A stretch of 60,263 nt of DNA, the filler included. It is 7 parts of 7 records of this genome, joined end to end, with 100 filler letters (N's around TTAATTAATTAA, not from the genome) between each part and the next. Parts side by side here need not be neighbours in the genome. Positions count along the whole stretch, not along the records: positions 31,766 to 45,944 come from SRR31156797_19746; positions 46,045 to 54,841 come from SRR31156797_19754; 5 more parts are not named here. The stretch is one strand, 5' to 3'. This document shows positions 36,497 to 48,609 of this stretch, one piece after another (within the stretch, counting starts at the first letter, position 1; every line of letters begins with the position of its first letter). Made by a program: the position numbers and the translations under genes. The notes under the pieces are model-generated. The model was given only the letters and a program-made list of their open reading frames with translations. It searched no databases and was not told where the DNA came from.

Positions 36497-36991
36497 TTGA
36501 TAATCGTCGTGCTTATGGGTGTTTCCGGTTGCGGTAAGACCACTATCGGCAGACGCGTGGCCAAGGTACTTCAGGTCCCTTTTTTGGACGCAGATGATCT
36601 TCATCCACCCGCCAATATTTCAAAAATGGAAAAGGGTATTCCCTTGACGGATGATGATCGGTATCCGTGGCTTAAAAGGGTGGCGGAAAAGATCGCCGAG
36701 ATGGAGAGGGGTGGCGTTGTGGCCTGTTCGGCCCTTAAGGAGAGATATCGACGTATTCTCCTGGGTGATTCATCTTTTCCGGTTTTGCTGGTGTACCTCA
36801 AGGGAACGCGGGATACCCTTTACCGGCGATTGAGACAGCGGAAAAGCCATTTTTTTGCCCCTGATTTGCTGGACAGCCAGTTAAAGGACCTGGAAGAACC
36901 TGAAAATGCATTGACCCTCTCAATTGAACTTTCTCCGGAAACTATCTGTAAAAAGATCCGTCAAGATGTGGTGGGGAAACCGGTATTGTGA
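36497..36991 (+). CDS. gntK: Gluconokinase (GntK/IdnK)
   Basis: MGVSGCGKT, DADDLHP, PLTDDDRYPWL, CSALK, SQLKDLEEP. Confidence 0.92.
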   Translation: MIIVVLMGVSGCGKTTIGRRVAKVLQVPFLDADDLHPPANISKMEKGIPLTDDDRYPWLKRVAEKIAEMERGGVVACSALKERYRRILLGDSSFPVLLVYLKGTRDTLYRRLRQRKSHFFAPDLLDSQLKDLEEPENALTLSIELSPETICKKIRQDVVGKPVL

Positions 36992-37005
36992 TGTCGAGCG
37001 CTTTT

Positions 37006-38844
37006 TCAACCGCTGTTTTTTGCCCAGAGTGCCTGGTAGGGGGATAGGTTCAGGAGTAGGGTGTCCCCGTCGGCGGTAAGCGATTGGTCTGACAGAATAT
37101 CCAGCCAGGATCTCGCCTTCAATCCCTGTTCTGTCAGGTCCATTGTAATCTGTTGATCCCGGGGAGTGATATTGGTAATGCAGAGGATCTGCTCTTTTTC
37201 GTCAATACTGGTCCGTACCAGGGCGAAAAGGGCGTCGGAAACCTGAAGGATGCGTTGATCGGCATTGGGATGAAATGCTCTTTCGCGGACCCTCATGGCG
37301 ATCATATGGCCAAACCCATAGGCGATTTTGTGGGTGGACGTATCCGGGTCGTCGAGGGTATGGTAAAGACTCTCGTGGTCAAAGCTGCGACGGCTGATGC
37401 TTCGGGTCTGCCCTTCATCCAGAACCGCGTCGGCATCGTTTTTGGAACCGAAAAGACCGTGTAGGTAGATTCCCGGTACGCCCATCATGACCAGCGCAAT
37501 GGACCTGGAGGCCAGGAACCGCTTGATTTTAAAATCCATGGTTTCATCGCAGTCTTCCCGGTTCAGGGCGCTGTACCAGGTGGTGTTCAATTCATAGGGG
37601 CTGGTGGTACCGTCTCCGTTATCCTTAAAAGAGATGAATCCGCCGTGTTCCACCACCCGCAGCGCCATCATCTCGATCTCTTCATCGGTTAGAATGTTTT
37701 TGGCGCCCAGGACGCCGATGCCGTCATGGGAGTCCAGGATATTGAAATAGGTGGCCGAGTCGGATACGCGGGTGAGATTCATTGCCCATTTCGTCAAGGC
37801 GGCGGATGTCCCGGTTTGAAAGGTGTGAAGCACTAGCGGAGGGAGTGCAAAATTGTACACCATCTGGGCTTCATCGTGACCGTTGCCGAAATACTGGATA
37901 TTTTCCGCATGGGGAACATTGGTTTCCGAAATCAAGGCCACATGGGGTGCCACCGCATTCAGGACATCCCGAAACAATTTGATGACGGTGTGGGTTTCTT
38001 CCAGATGGGCGCAGCTGGTGCCCAGTTCATGCCAGAGGTACGTGATGGCATCCAAGCGGATGAGATCGGCGCCTCTCCGCACATAAAGCAAAAGGATCTG
38101 CGCCATTTTGAGCAACACTTCCGGATTTTTGAAATTCAGGTCAATCTGGTCCCGGCTGAAGGTGGTCCACACGGAGCGCGTTCCGTTCAAGGTGCTGAAA
38201 GTGGAGAGTAGTTCCGAGGTGCGCGGGCGCAGAATCAGGCTCAGATATTCCTCGGAAATGGCGGTTTTGGTGGAGAAAACAATGAAAAACTCCCGGAACC
38301 TCGGGTTGCCGTCCAGGAATTCCTGGAACCACCGGCTCTTGGATGAAATGTGATTGAAAACCCCGTCAAACATCAACTTTGTGGAAGATTTCAGATTCAG
38401 GATGTCGTCCCAGGTTCCCAGCCTGGGATCCACCTCCTCAAAATCGGTCACTGAGAATCCCCGGTCCGAAGAATAGGGGAAAAAGGGAAGGATGTGCAGG
38501 GTATTGATGGCGCCTTTTAAATATTTCGTGAAATCCGTCAGGATTTCGAGAGGCTTTCGGTTTTTACCTTGAATCAGGTCGCCATAGGTAATGAGGATCA
38601 CGTCCTTTTCCGTAAACCGCTCATGGGCGTCAAACGCCTCGTCCATTTGAATCATGTGGGGTGTTTTGTAGGCGTAATAGACCTTCATGATCCTTTCAAG
38701 CTCTCCATAGCACCCGTGGGCCCTTTGTTCACCGTATAAAAAGGCCAGCTTTTCGTAAATTTTCTCTTTGAATTCAGGGGGGATTTCAAAAATACCGCGG
38801 TCGTAATCCGGTTCTAAGAGATGAAACTCGGAATGGTTGTCCAT
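37006..38844 (-). CDS. GH13_18 sucrose/glucosylglycerate phosphorylase family protein
   Basis: LITYGD, HILPFFPYSSDRGF, WTTFSRDQ, RLDA, SETNVPH, SHDGIG. ATG 38844 preferred. Confidence 0.9.
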   Translation of the reverse strand: MDNHSEFHLLEPDYDRGIFEIPPEFKEKIYEKLAFLYGEQRAHGCYGELERIMKVYYAYKTPHMIQMDEAFDAHERFTEKDVILITYGDLIQGKNRKPLEILTDFTKYLKGAINTLHILPFFPYSSDRGFSVTDFEEVDPRLGTWDDILNLKSSTKLMFDGVFNHISSKSRWFQEFLDGNPRFREFFIVFSTKTAISEEYLSLILRPRTSELLSTFSTLNGTRSVWTTFSRDQIDLNFKNPEVLLKMAQILLLYVRRGADLIRLDAITYLWHELGTSCAHLEETHTVIKLFRDVLNAVAPHVALISETNVPHAENIQYFGNGHDEAQMVYNFALPPLVLHTFQTGTSAALTKWAMNLTRVSDSATYFNILDSHDGIGVLGAKNILTDEEIEMMALRVVEHGGFISFKDNGDGTTSPYELNTTWYSALNREDCDETMDFKIKRFLASRSIALVMMGVPGIYLHGLFGSKNDADAVLDEGQTRSISRRSFDHESLYHTLDDPDTSTHKIAYGFGHMIAMRVRERAFHPNADQRILQVSDALFALVRTSIDEKEQILCITNITPRDQQITMDLTEQGLKARSWLDILSDQSLTADGDTLLLNLSPYQALWAKNSG

Positions 38845-38857
38845 TATTTTCTCCGCC

Positions 38858-39199
38858 CTAGTCAAAACTTTTGATGGCGGATGCAACATCGTCATAACAT
38901 TTAAAGATTTTATCCAGATGGGTTATTTTAAGGAGATTCAGGATGAAGGGGCATGAGCACGCTAGGCGGACATCCCCCCCATTGGCGCGGGTGGCGGCAA
39001 TGCGGGAAACCAGTGCGCCAAGCCCGCTGGAGTCCATGAACTCCGTTTTTTCCATGTTAATGACCAGGCAGGTTTTTCCCTCATCCACCAGACCATTGAT
39101 CATTTTTCTGAAGTCTTCCGAAATGTTTGCCTCGAGCCTGTCGGGTCCCTCCACGATGAAAACTTTTCCATCGGGTGTTTCAGACGTAACAAACTCCAT
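38858..39199 (-). CDS. STAS-domain anti-sigma factor antagonist
   Basis: FMDSSGLGALV phosphorylation motif. Confidence 0.92.
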   Translation of the reverse strand: MEFVTSETPDGKVFIVEGPDRLEANISEDFRKMINGLVDEGKTCLVINMEKTEFMDSSGLGALVSRIAATRANGGDVRLACSCPFILNLLKITHLDKIFKCYDDVASAIKSFD

Positions 39200-39247
39200 G
39201 GGGAAAACCTCCTATAAGGGACTCTGTTATTTGGTATTGGGTCATGA

Positions 39248-39745
39248 TTAAGAAGCGCAATCCGATGGATCCCCACCCAGTTTTGCAAGGGCGTGACTTA
39301 ATGCCGGTAATACCACCGATAGATTTTCGGCGGCCCCTTTCGGGCTCCCCGGAAGGTTAATGATAAGCGATGCTTTCCGGACACCGACCATGGCCCTCGA
39401 AATCATGGCATGGGCGGTTTTTTTCAGGCTTTCAGCGCGCATTGCCTCGGCCATACCGGGTACCGGGTAATCAATCACACGCTCCATGGCCTGGGGTGTC
39501 ACATCCGTGGGGCTTAGACCGGTGCCCCCGGATGTGACGATGAGGGGAAGATTGTCTTCATCCACCCAGGCCATGAGGGTGTCCGCAATTTCCTGAAGCC
39601 GGTCCGGAATGATGTGTCTTCGAACTACCGATAATCCTTGTTCTTCCAGCATGCGCTGGACGGTGTTCCCACTTTCATCATCCCTTAGGCCGGCGGCCCC
39701 CTTGGTGCTGATGGTGAGAACGCCTGCCTTGATTCCGCTTTCCAT
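39248..39745 (-). CDS. mog: Molybdopterin adenylyltransferase (MogA/MoaB)
   Basis: LTIS...RDDESG, TSGGTG.SPTDVTP, SRA, NLPGSPKG. Confidence 0.9.
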   Translation of the reverse strand: MESGIKAGVLTISTKGAAGLRDDESGNTVQRMLEEQGLSVVRRHIIPDRLQEIADTLMAWVDEDNLPLIVTSGGTGLSPTDVTPQAMERVIDYPVPGMAEAMRAESLKKTAHAMISRAMVGVRKASLIINLPGSPKGAAENLSVVLPALSHALAKLGGDPSDCAS

Positions 39746-39758
39746 TGTCGTGTGCCTT

Positions 39759-41837
39759 TTACTCTTCAACCCGGGCTGCGGCGATGACCTTTTCCGCCAG
39801 CTGGCTTGGCAGTTCTTCGTAATGGGATTGTTCCATCACAAATGTTCCCCGGCCGCCGGTAATGGAATTGAGGTCCAAGGCGTATCTCAGAACTTCGGAC
39901 ATGGGAACCTGCGCCATGATGACCTGGTATTTTCCCTTGGCGTCCATACCCAGCACCTTGCCGCGACGGCCGTTGAGATCGCCCATGACATCCCCCATGA
40001 CTTCCTCGGGAACGGTGATTTCCATTTTCATGATGGGTTCAAGCAGGATGGGATTGGCGCCCTCCATGGCCTTTTTCAGGCACATCCGGGCGGCGATTTT
40101 GAAGGCCATTTCAGAGGAGTCCACGTCATGGCTTTTGCCGTCGTAAAATCGGACCTTCAGGTCCACCACCGGGTAACCTGCGACCGCCCCGCTGTCGAGG
40201 GACTCCACAAGACCTTTTTCCACGGCGGGAACAAAATTTCGGGGAACGTTCATTCCGGTTAAGTCTTCCATGAACTCAAATCCCGAGTCCAGTTTCAGCG
40301 GCATGACATCGAAATGGACTTCCGCAAACTGTCCCCTGCCGCCCGACTGTTTTTTGTGACGGTAGACAACGCCCTTGACGGATTTTTTGATGGTCTCCCG
40401 GTAGGGTACTTTCACCGGGTTCAGGTTCACTTCCACGCCGAATTTTCGATTCAGCTTTTCGCATGCAATTTCCAGATGGATCTGTCCCGTGCCGGACAGA
40501 ATGACTTCGCCCGTGGATTGATCCCGGCCCAGTTTGAGGGTGGGATCCTCTTCCAGAAGTTTGGCAAATGAGGTAAAGACTTTATCTTCACTCCCCTTGA
40601 CCTTGGCCACCACCGCGTACGAGATAACCGACGGCAATCCTTCGGTGGGTTTGTAAATGATGGGATCGGCGGCGGAACAGAGGGTATCGCCCGTGACGGT
40701 TTCCTTGAGTTTGGCCATGGCAACAATATCTCCGGGGCCGGCCGCTTCAATGGGTTGCTGTTTTTTTCCTTCAAGGATCAGGAGTTGACCGATCTTTTCC
40801 TTGGCATCTTTGGTGGCGTTGTACACGGTGGAATCTGAGGAAAGGGTTCCGGAGAAAATTCTGGCCAGGGTCAGCTTACCGGCAAAGGGGTCTGCAACGG
40901 TTTTAAAGACAAGGGCTGAAAAAGGCGCGTCCACGGCGGGTGGCCTCTCCGTTTCTTCGTCGGTACCCGGGACGGTCCCTTTCCTGGGGGGCCTTTCAAC
41001 AGGGGATGGAAATCCGTCCACTATCAGGTCCATCAGTTGGGGGACGCCCATATTGAGCACTGCGGAACCGCATAAAACAGGTGTGACCAAGCCGGATTTA
41101 ATGCCCTGTATCAGGGTTTTTTCAATTTCCTTATGGGAAAGTTCTTCTCCTTCAAGGTATTTTTCCATGAGATCATCATCGACTTCCACCACGTTCTCAA
41201 TCATGATTTCGCGCCATTCATCGGCTGTGTCTTTCAAGTCTTCCGGAATGTCGGTGGTTTCAAAGGTGCCGCTACCGTCTTTGTTGTAATGATAGGCTTT
41301 TTGCTTGACAAGGTCCACAATGCCCGAAAAGTTGTCTTCTTCCCCGATGGGGATGGACACGGGAGTCGTCTTGATTTCAAATGTCTGGCTGACGGCTTCC
41401 AATGTTTGGAAAAAATCGGCTCGTTCACGGTCCATTCTGTTGATGAAAACAATCTTGGGAAGTTCCTGTTCTTCGGCAAAGGCCCAGACCTTCTCGGTTC
41501 CGACCTTTACGCCTGCCGTGGCGTCAATTAAGACCACTGAACCGTCAGCGGCCTGCAGGGAAAATTTGGCATCGGAAAGGAAATTATCGTCTCCCGGCGT
41601 GTCGATAATATTGATGGCGTGTTTTTTCCAGGTGCAGTGGTGAAATGCGGTGGTCAGGGTCGATTTTCGCTTGATTTCTTCCGGTTCAACATCCAGGTTG
41701 GAGGAGCCGTCATCCACTTTGCAAAGCCGGGTTGTGGCTTTCCCATTAAACAGCATTGCTTCCGCCAGAGATGTTTTTCCTGAGCCCCCATGTGCGATGA
41801 GAGCAGCATTCCTCAATTGTTCAGCCTTTTTTTCCAT
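39759..41837 (-). CDS. fusA: Elongation factor G paralog (EF-G2 type)
   Basis: AHGGSGKT, DTPG, EEDPTL, HKKQSGGRGQF, SHDVDSSEMAFKIA, LLEPIM; divergent switch motifs. Confidence 0.93.
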   Translation of the reverse strand: MEKKAEQLRNAALIAHGGSGKTSLAEAMLFNGKATTRLCKVDDGSSNLDVEPEEIKRKSTLTTAFHHCTWKKHAINIIDTPGDDNFLSDAKFSLQAADGSVVLIDATAGVKVGTEKVWAFAEEQELPKIVFINRMDRERADFFQTLEAVSQTFEIKTTPVSIPIGEEDNFSGIVDLVKQKAYHYNKDGSGTFETTDIPEDLKDTADEWREIMIENVVEVDDDLMEKYLEGEELSHKEIEKTLIQGIKSGLVTPVLCGSAVLNMGVPQLMDLIVDGFPSPVERPPRKGTVPGTDEETERPPAVDAPFSALVFKTVADPFAGKLTLARIFSGTLSSDSTVYNATKDAKEKIGQLLILEGKKQQPIEAAGPGDIVAMAKLKETVTGDTLCSAADPIIYKPTEGLPSVISYAVVAKVKGSEDKVFTSFAKLLEEDPTLKLGRDQSTGEVILSGTGQIHLEIACEKLNRKFGVEVNLNPVKVPYRETIKKSVKGVVYRHKKQSGGRGQFAEVHFDVMPLKLDSGFEFMEDLTGMNVPRNFVPAVEKGLVESLDSGAVAGYPVVDLKVRFYDGKSHDVDSSEMAFKIAARMCLKKAMEGANPILLEPIMKMEITVPEEVMGDVMGDLNGRRGKVLGMDAKGKYQVIMAQVPMSEVLRYALDLNSITGGRGTFVMEQSHYEELPSQLAEKVIAAARVEE

Positions 41838-42082
41838 TTAGAACCCTTTCCTGGTCAATTTTATTGTATGTATGGTTTGAATTTATAACGGTTTGAGATA
41901 AACATTTGTTCAGGCCTCACCACTTCTCACCTTTTTTTCTTTCACGATATTTTGATGATGGCGCAGACGATCGGATGACGCATGCACTTGCCAAGATAAG
42001 AAAATTACATCAACCGGCAAAATAAAGTCAAGACAAGAATTCCGCTCGGTTTTTTTTAATTGCCAATCATAAAAAATGTGTT

Positions 42083-43072
42083 ATGCTTAAAGATTGTGAA
42101 ATAAAGGACTTGATACGAAGTTTCTTTTTGGAGAACGCCGGTTTGTTGTTGAGTGAGGCCATAGCGCTTTTTTTTAAGTACCTTAAGGATGAAAAAGGGT
42201 ATTCAAACCATACAGAGCGAAGTTATCGGGTTGATCTGAGTCAGTTTTCATCCTTTTTGAGGCGTCATAGTGTTCGATTCCGGAGGGAAAACCAGGGTGA
42301 ACTTTCCATCGAGGAAATTCACATCCCCGCGGTCAAAGAATATGTGGGGAGCCTTTATGGTCACTTTAAACGCGCTACCATTGCGCGTAAGCTTTCCGCG
42401 GTGCGGTCCTTTTTTCTTTTCCTGGAGAGGGAGGGCTTAATCAAGACCAATCCGGCTGTGGCGGTACAAAGCCCCAAACTGGGAAAATATATCCCTAGCC
42501 ATCTTCCCGTGGATGATGTTTTCAGGCTGATGGACTTGCCGGATCGGGAAAAACCCCTGGGATTGAGGGACCTGGCTATTTTGGAGGTGCTCTATTCCTG
42601 CGGTATCAGGGTTGCCGAATTGGCGGGAATGAATGTCTCCAGTATTGATGATGCCGAACGCCTTGTGAAAGTTACGGGGAAAGGCGACAGAGAGCGGCTT
42701 GTGCCCATCGGCAGGCAGGCTTTGAAGGCTGTAAAGGCCTACTTGTCCGCCACCGGCGAAGTTCGAAAAAAAAACGCATTGGCGGGGCGTGGCGACCCTC
42801 TTTTTATGAATTTCCGAGGCGGGCGTTTGACAACCCGCAGCATTGGAAGGATCGTCAAACGATATGCAAGGACAGGTGGGTTGACGGAAGAGATCAGTCC
42901 TCACAGCATGCGGCATACCTTTGCAACCCATCTGCTGGATGGCGGCGCGGATCTTCGTTCCGTCCAGGAGCTTCTGGGGCACAAAAGTCTTGCCACGACA
43001 CAGAAATATACCCATGTGAGCCTAAAGCGGCTCATGGAAGTTTACGATAAGGCGCATCCTAGAAGTAGTTGA
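42083..43072 (+). CDS. xerC: Tyrosine recombinase XerC
   Basis: LYSCGIR, GKGDRER, HSMRHTFATHLL, LGH, TQKYTH; first gene of xerC-hslVU. True start probably a TTG near 42143-42149. Confidence 0.9.
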   Translation: MLKDCEIKDLIRSFFLENAGLLLSEAIALFFKYLKDEKGYSNHTERSYRVDLSQFSSFLRRHSVRFRRENQGELSIEEIHIPAVKEYVGSLYGHFKRATIARKLSAVRSFFLFLEREGLIKTNPAVAVQSPKLGKYIPSHLPVDDVFRLMDLPDREKPLGLRDLAILEVLYSCGIRVAELAGMNVSSIDDAERLVKVTGKGDRERLVPIGRQALKAVKAYLSATGEVRKKNALAGRGDPLFMNFRGGRLTTRSIGRIVKRYARTGGLTEEISPHSMRHTFATHLLDGGADLRSVQELLGHKSLATTQKYTHVSLKRLMEVYDKAHPRSS

Positions 43073-43096
43073 ACTTTAAGGAAAAAGGATAGAATA

Positions 43097-43648
43097 ATGG
43101 GAGATGATGGGTGGGGGAAAATACGGGCAACGACCGTTTTGGCCGTCAGGAAAAACGGTAAATGTGTCATGGGGGGGGACGGCCAGGTGACCTTGGGCGA
43201 TACCATCATGAAACATAAGGCCTCAAAAGTACGTCTCATGTACCAGGATACGGTGCTGACCGGGTTTGCGGGGGCAGCGGCGGATGCTTTCAACCTGTTT
43301 GAGCGGTTGGAAGGAAAACTGGAGAGTTACGGCGGAAACCTTGTCAGGGCCGCGGTGGAACTGGCAAAGGATTGGAGAACCGACAAGATACTTCGCAAGC
43401 TGGAGGCATTACTGCTGGCTGCGGATCAAGAGCATATGCTGATCATTTCCGGAACCGGGGATGTCATCGAACCGGATATGAGCGTGGCGGCTATCGGTTC
43501 AGGGGGGTCATTCGCCCTTGCGGCCGCCCAGGCTTTGGTGGAGCATTCGGATTTGGAAGCGGATGCCATTGTCCAAGAGTCCCTGAAGATTGCCTCATCC
43601 ATATGTTTGTATACCAACGACCACATTACCCTTTGTGAACTGGAATGA
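43097..43648 (+). CDS. hslV: ATP-dependent protease peptidase subunit
   Basis: [30 protein letters not shown]. Confidence 0.97.
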   Translation: MGDDGWGKIRATTVLAVRKNGKCVMGGDGQVTLGDTIMKHKASKVRLMYQDTVLTGFAGAAADAFNLFERLEGKLESYGGNLVRAAVELAKDWRTDKILRKLEALLLAADQEHMLIISGTGDVIEPDMSVAAIGSGGSFALAAAQALVEHSDLEADAIVQESLKIASSICLYTNDHITLCELE

Positions 43649-43709
43649 GATAGTGGGCCTTGGTACAATGTGAAAAAAGAGATTATTGACGTTTGAACAT
43701 GAGGTAAGC

Positions 43710-45944
<2,235 letters not shown>

Positions 45945-46044
45945 NNNNNNNNNNNNNNNNNNNNNNNNNNNNNNNNNNNNNNNNNNNNTTAATTAATTAA
46001 NNNNNNNNNNNNNNNNNNNNNNNNNNNNNNNNNNNNNNNNNNNN
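45945..46044. other. Artificial contig linker
   Basis: N-run with TTAATTAATTAA. Confidence 0.99.
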
Positions 46045-46085
46045 AATTGAATCTTTTTTGAATTAAAAAATATACAGGAGGTACA

Positions 46086-47003
46086 ATGGAAAAATTTCTT
46101 GAAGATGTGGTAGAAGACAGCAGATTTTGGACTTCAGAAGGAAAAGTAGCAGATTATATACCAAAACTTGCTTTAGCGAATAAAAAGCATGTTGCAGTTG
46201 GAGTATACGATGTGGATAATAACTATTATGAGGCTGGAGATAGTAATGTGAAATTTAGTATACAAAGTGTTGCAAAGATATTCTCATTAATTTGCGCACT
46301 ACAGGATAGCGGTTTAGACAAATTCCTGATGAAAGTAGATGTAGAACCGTCAGGTGATAGCTTCAATTCACTTATTAAACTTGAAACTATGGAGAAGCAC
46401 AGACCTCTTAATCCATTTATAAATGCAGGTGCCATAGCTACAGTCGGACTTGTTAGAGGTAAAACCAGCAAAGATAGATTTGATAAAATAATAAATTTAG
46501 CTAGAAAAATGACTGATAATGATAAAATTAATTTTAATAAAGAGATATTTGAATCAGAAAGAGAAACAGGAGATACAAATAAAGCAATAGCATACTTCCT
46601 AAAAGGTGCAGGAATAATAGAGGGAAGTATAGATGATATACTTGAGACATATTTCAAAATATGTTCTATAGAAGCGAAAGTCAGTGATATGGTAAAAGCT
46701 GCCGCTGTATTAGCAAATAACGGAGTTGCACCGTGGAGTAATGAGAGAATAATCGATGAAGAAACAGTAAGAATAGTCAGAGCTGTAATGAGTTCATGTG
46801 GTTTATATGACGGTTCAGGGAATTTCTCTGTTAAAGTAGGAATACCGGCGAAAAGTGGAGTAGGCGGATGTATATTCGGTGTAGTTCCTAATAGAATGGG
46901 AGTTGTGACATTTGCACCTGCACTTGATAAAAAAGGAAATAGTATTGCAGGATATAAAATTTTTGAGAAACTGTCAAAAGAGTACAATTTAAGTATTTTC
47001 TAG
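46086..47003 (+). CDS. glsA: Glutaminase A
   Basis: GKVADYIP, FSIQSVAK, EPSG..FN, NPFINAGA, GLYDGSG, KSGVGG. Confidence 0.96.
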   Translation: MEKFLEDVVEDSRFWTSEGKVADYIPKLALANKKHVAVGVYDVDNNYYEAGDSNVKFSIQSVAKIFSLICALQDSGLDKFLMKVDVEPSGDSFNSLIKLETMEKHRPLNPFINAGAIATVGLVRGKTSKDRFDKIINLARKMTDNDKINFNKEIFESERETGDTNKAIAYFLKGAGIIEGSIDDILETYFKICSIEAKVSDMVKAAAVLANNGVAPWSNERIIDEETVRIVRAVMSSCGLYDGSGNFSVKVGIPAKSGVGGCIFGVVPNRMGVVTFAPALDKKGNSIAGYKIFEKLSKEYNLSIF

Positions 47004-47013
47004 AAAACTATAT

Positions 47014-47047
47014 AAACTCTCGTTTGTTTTTACAAATGGGAGTTTTT
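47014..47047 (+). terminator. Intrinsic terminator after glsA
   Basis: AAACTCTCGTTTGT-TTTT-ACAAATGGGAGTTT followed by further Ts. Confidence 0.8.
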
Positions 47048-47151
47048 CTTAAATAATATTAAAAAGATAAATTTGTAAATAAGCTTGTATAATTTTGCTT
47101 TTGAATACGAAAAACTATACGAAAAATAAACATGAATCATCGGAAAATGTA

Positions 47152-47180
47152 TTGTAAAAACAGTATCCGTATGTTAAAAT
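47152..47180 (+). promoter_or_regulatory. Sigma70 promoter for the GGDEF cluster
   Basis: TTGTAA-17 nt-TAAAAT with an extended -10 TG. Confidence 0.55.
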
Positions 47181-47338
47181 AATTAGAGTAATTAAGTTAA
47201 TTTTACACGGAAAATAAGTGAATAAGAAATAATGTAAATATAAAGGGGTTTTATAAATTTTGATGGTTTTTAAAAAGTCCGATTTTTTTATTTTTTGACT
47301 TAATTTTAAAACTATTTAAAGATAAAAGGGAGTTATAA

Positions 47339-48535
47339 ATGAATAAAATTGACATGGGAACTGTCTCATTAGTTCTGATACTGATACAGCTGCTCTTTGC
47401 ACTGGGATTTGCTGTAGCTTCTGTAAATGATAAACATAAATATATGAGGAAACAAACTCTGGGAATAGTTCTGAATGCACTGGGATTGATTTTGTTAATC
47501 TTATATAGAGAAGAGCTGTTTTTCGGAGTCTATTTAGGAAACTCACTGCTTCTTGCCGGTTATGTATTTTTTATACATGGTGTATTTGAACTTATTGATG
47601 TATTATCAAATCGAAAATTTTTTCTATTCGCAACATTTTTACATTTAACTATATACTTTTATTTTGTTTATATAACGAATAATATTTCTGCAAGAATATT
47701 TATCTTTAGCGTAGAAGCGGGACTTATGTCGATCTATTTTGGCATGAAGATTTTAAGCTATTTTTTCAAAAGAAAATATCCCACTTTACTTTTACTGGCA
47801 ATTAACTCATTTATATATGGAGGATTTCATTTTTTTAGAGGTTTAAGTGTACTTTTTGTTAATATAGACAGCTTACAGGTAAATCAGTATTATATGAAAA
47901 CTACTTTTATATTAGCAATTGCATTTAATATAATACTCTATTTATCAGTGATATTATTAGCTACAAAACTAGCTCTGTCTAAACTGATCGAAACAAATGA
48001 AAATTTAGAGGAGTTAGCTACAATTGATTATCTAACAAGAGCACATAATTCGAGATCTGTTATTCACCATTTTGAAGTTGAACTGGAAAAAGTAAGAAGG
48101 TATAACAGAGTGATGTCAGCTGCAATTATCGATATTGATTATTTCAAAAAGGTTAATGATATCTATGGACATCTTGTTGGTGATGAAGTTCTGGTAGAAA
48201 TAAGTAAAATATTTAATGATTCTTTGAAAAAAACAGATATATTCGGACGATATGGTGGAGAGGAATTTTTGATAATTATGCCAGATACGCCACTTGAGAA
48301 AGCTCAATTCAGAGTAGAGTTAGTTCAAACTGTGTTAAAAAATCATAATTGGGAATATGAAAATCTATCGGTAACATTTAGCGCAGGAGTGATTGAAGTA
48401 AATGAAACTCATAGAAAAAAAGAGGTGAAAGAACTTCTTGAAGATGCAGATAAACTACTTTATCAAGCTAAACATAATGGTCGAGATAGAGTGGAGATAG
48501 ATTTCGAAGAAGATGAGTATAGTTTAGATTATTAA
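47339..48535 (+). CDS. Multi-TM diguanylate cyclase 1
   Basis: About 7 hydrophobic helices, DYLT, DIDYFK, RYGGEEF. Confidence 0.93.
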   Translation: MNKIDMGTVSLVLILIQLLFALGFAVASVNDKHKYMRKQTLGIVLNALGLILLILYREELFFGVYLGNSLLLAGYVFFIHGVFELIDVLSNRKFFLFATFLHLTIYFYFVYITNNISARIFIFSVEAGLMSIYFGMKILSYFFKRKYPTLLLLAINSFIYGGFHFFRGLSVLFVNIDSLQVNQYYMKTTFILAIAFNIILYLSVILLATKLALSKLIETNENLEELATIDYLTRAHNSRSVIHHFEVELEKVRRYNRVMSAAIIDIDYFKKVNDIYGHLVGDEVLVEISKIFNDSLKKTDIFGRYGGEEFLIIMPDTPLEKAQFRVELVQTVLKNHNWEYENLSVTFSAGVIEVNETHRKKEVKELLEDADKLLYQAKHNGRDRVEIDFEEDEYSLDY

Positions 48536-48609
48536 GTTTGATTTTTGGTGAAACTATATAAATTTATATAAGCTCTTTTTATATAGGGAAAATAAGGGGA
48601 TATACTTCT

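Noticed and set aside
39248-39745. Functional link between mog and the Moco RNA at 19452
   Set aside because: Different contigs and apparently different organisms.
42083-43072. Tyrosine recombinase as a mobile-element integrase
   Set aside because: XerC-type motifs within the housekeeping xerC-hslV-hslU-argB operon.
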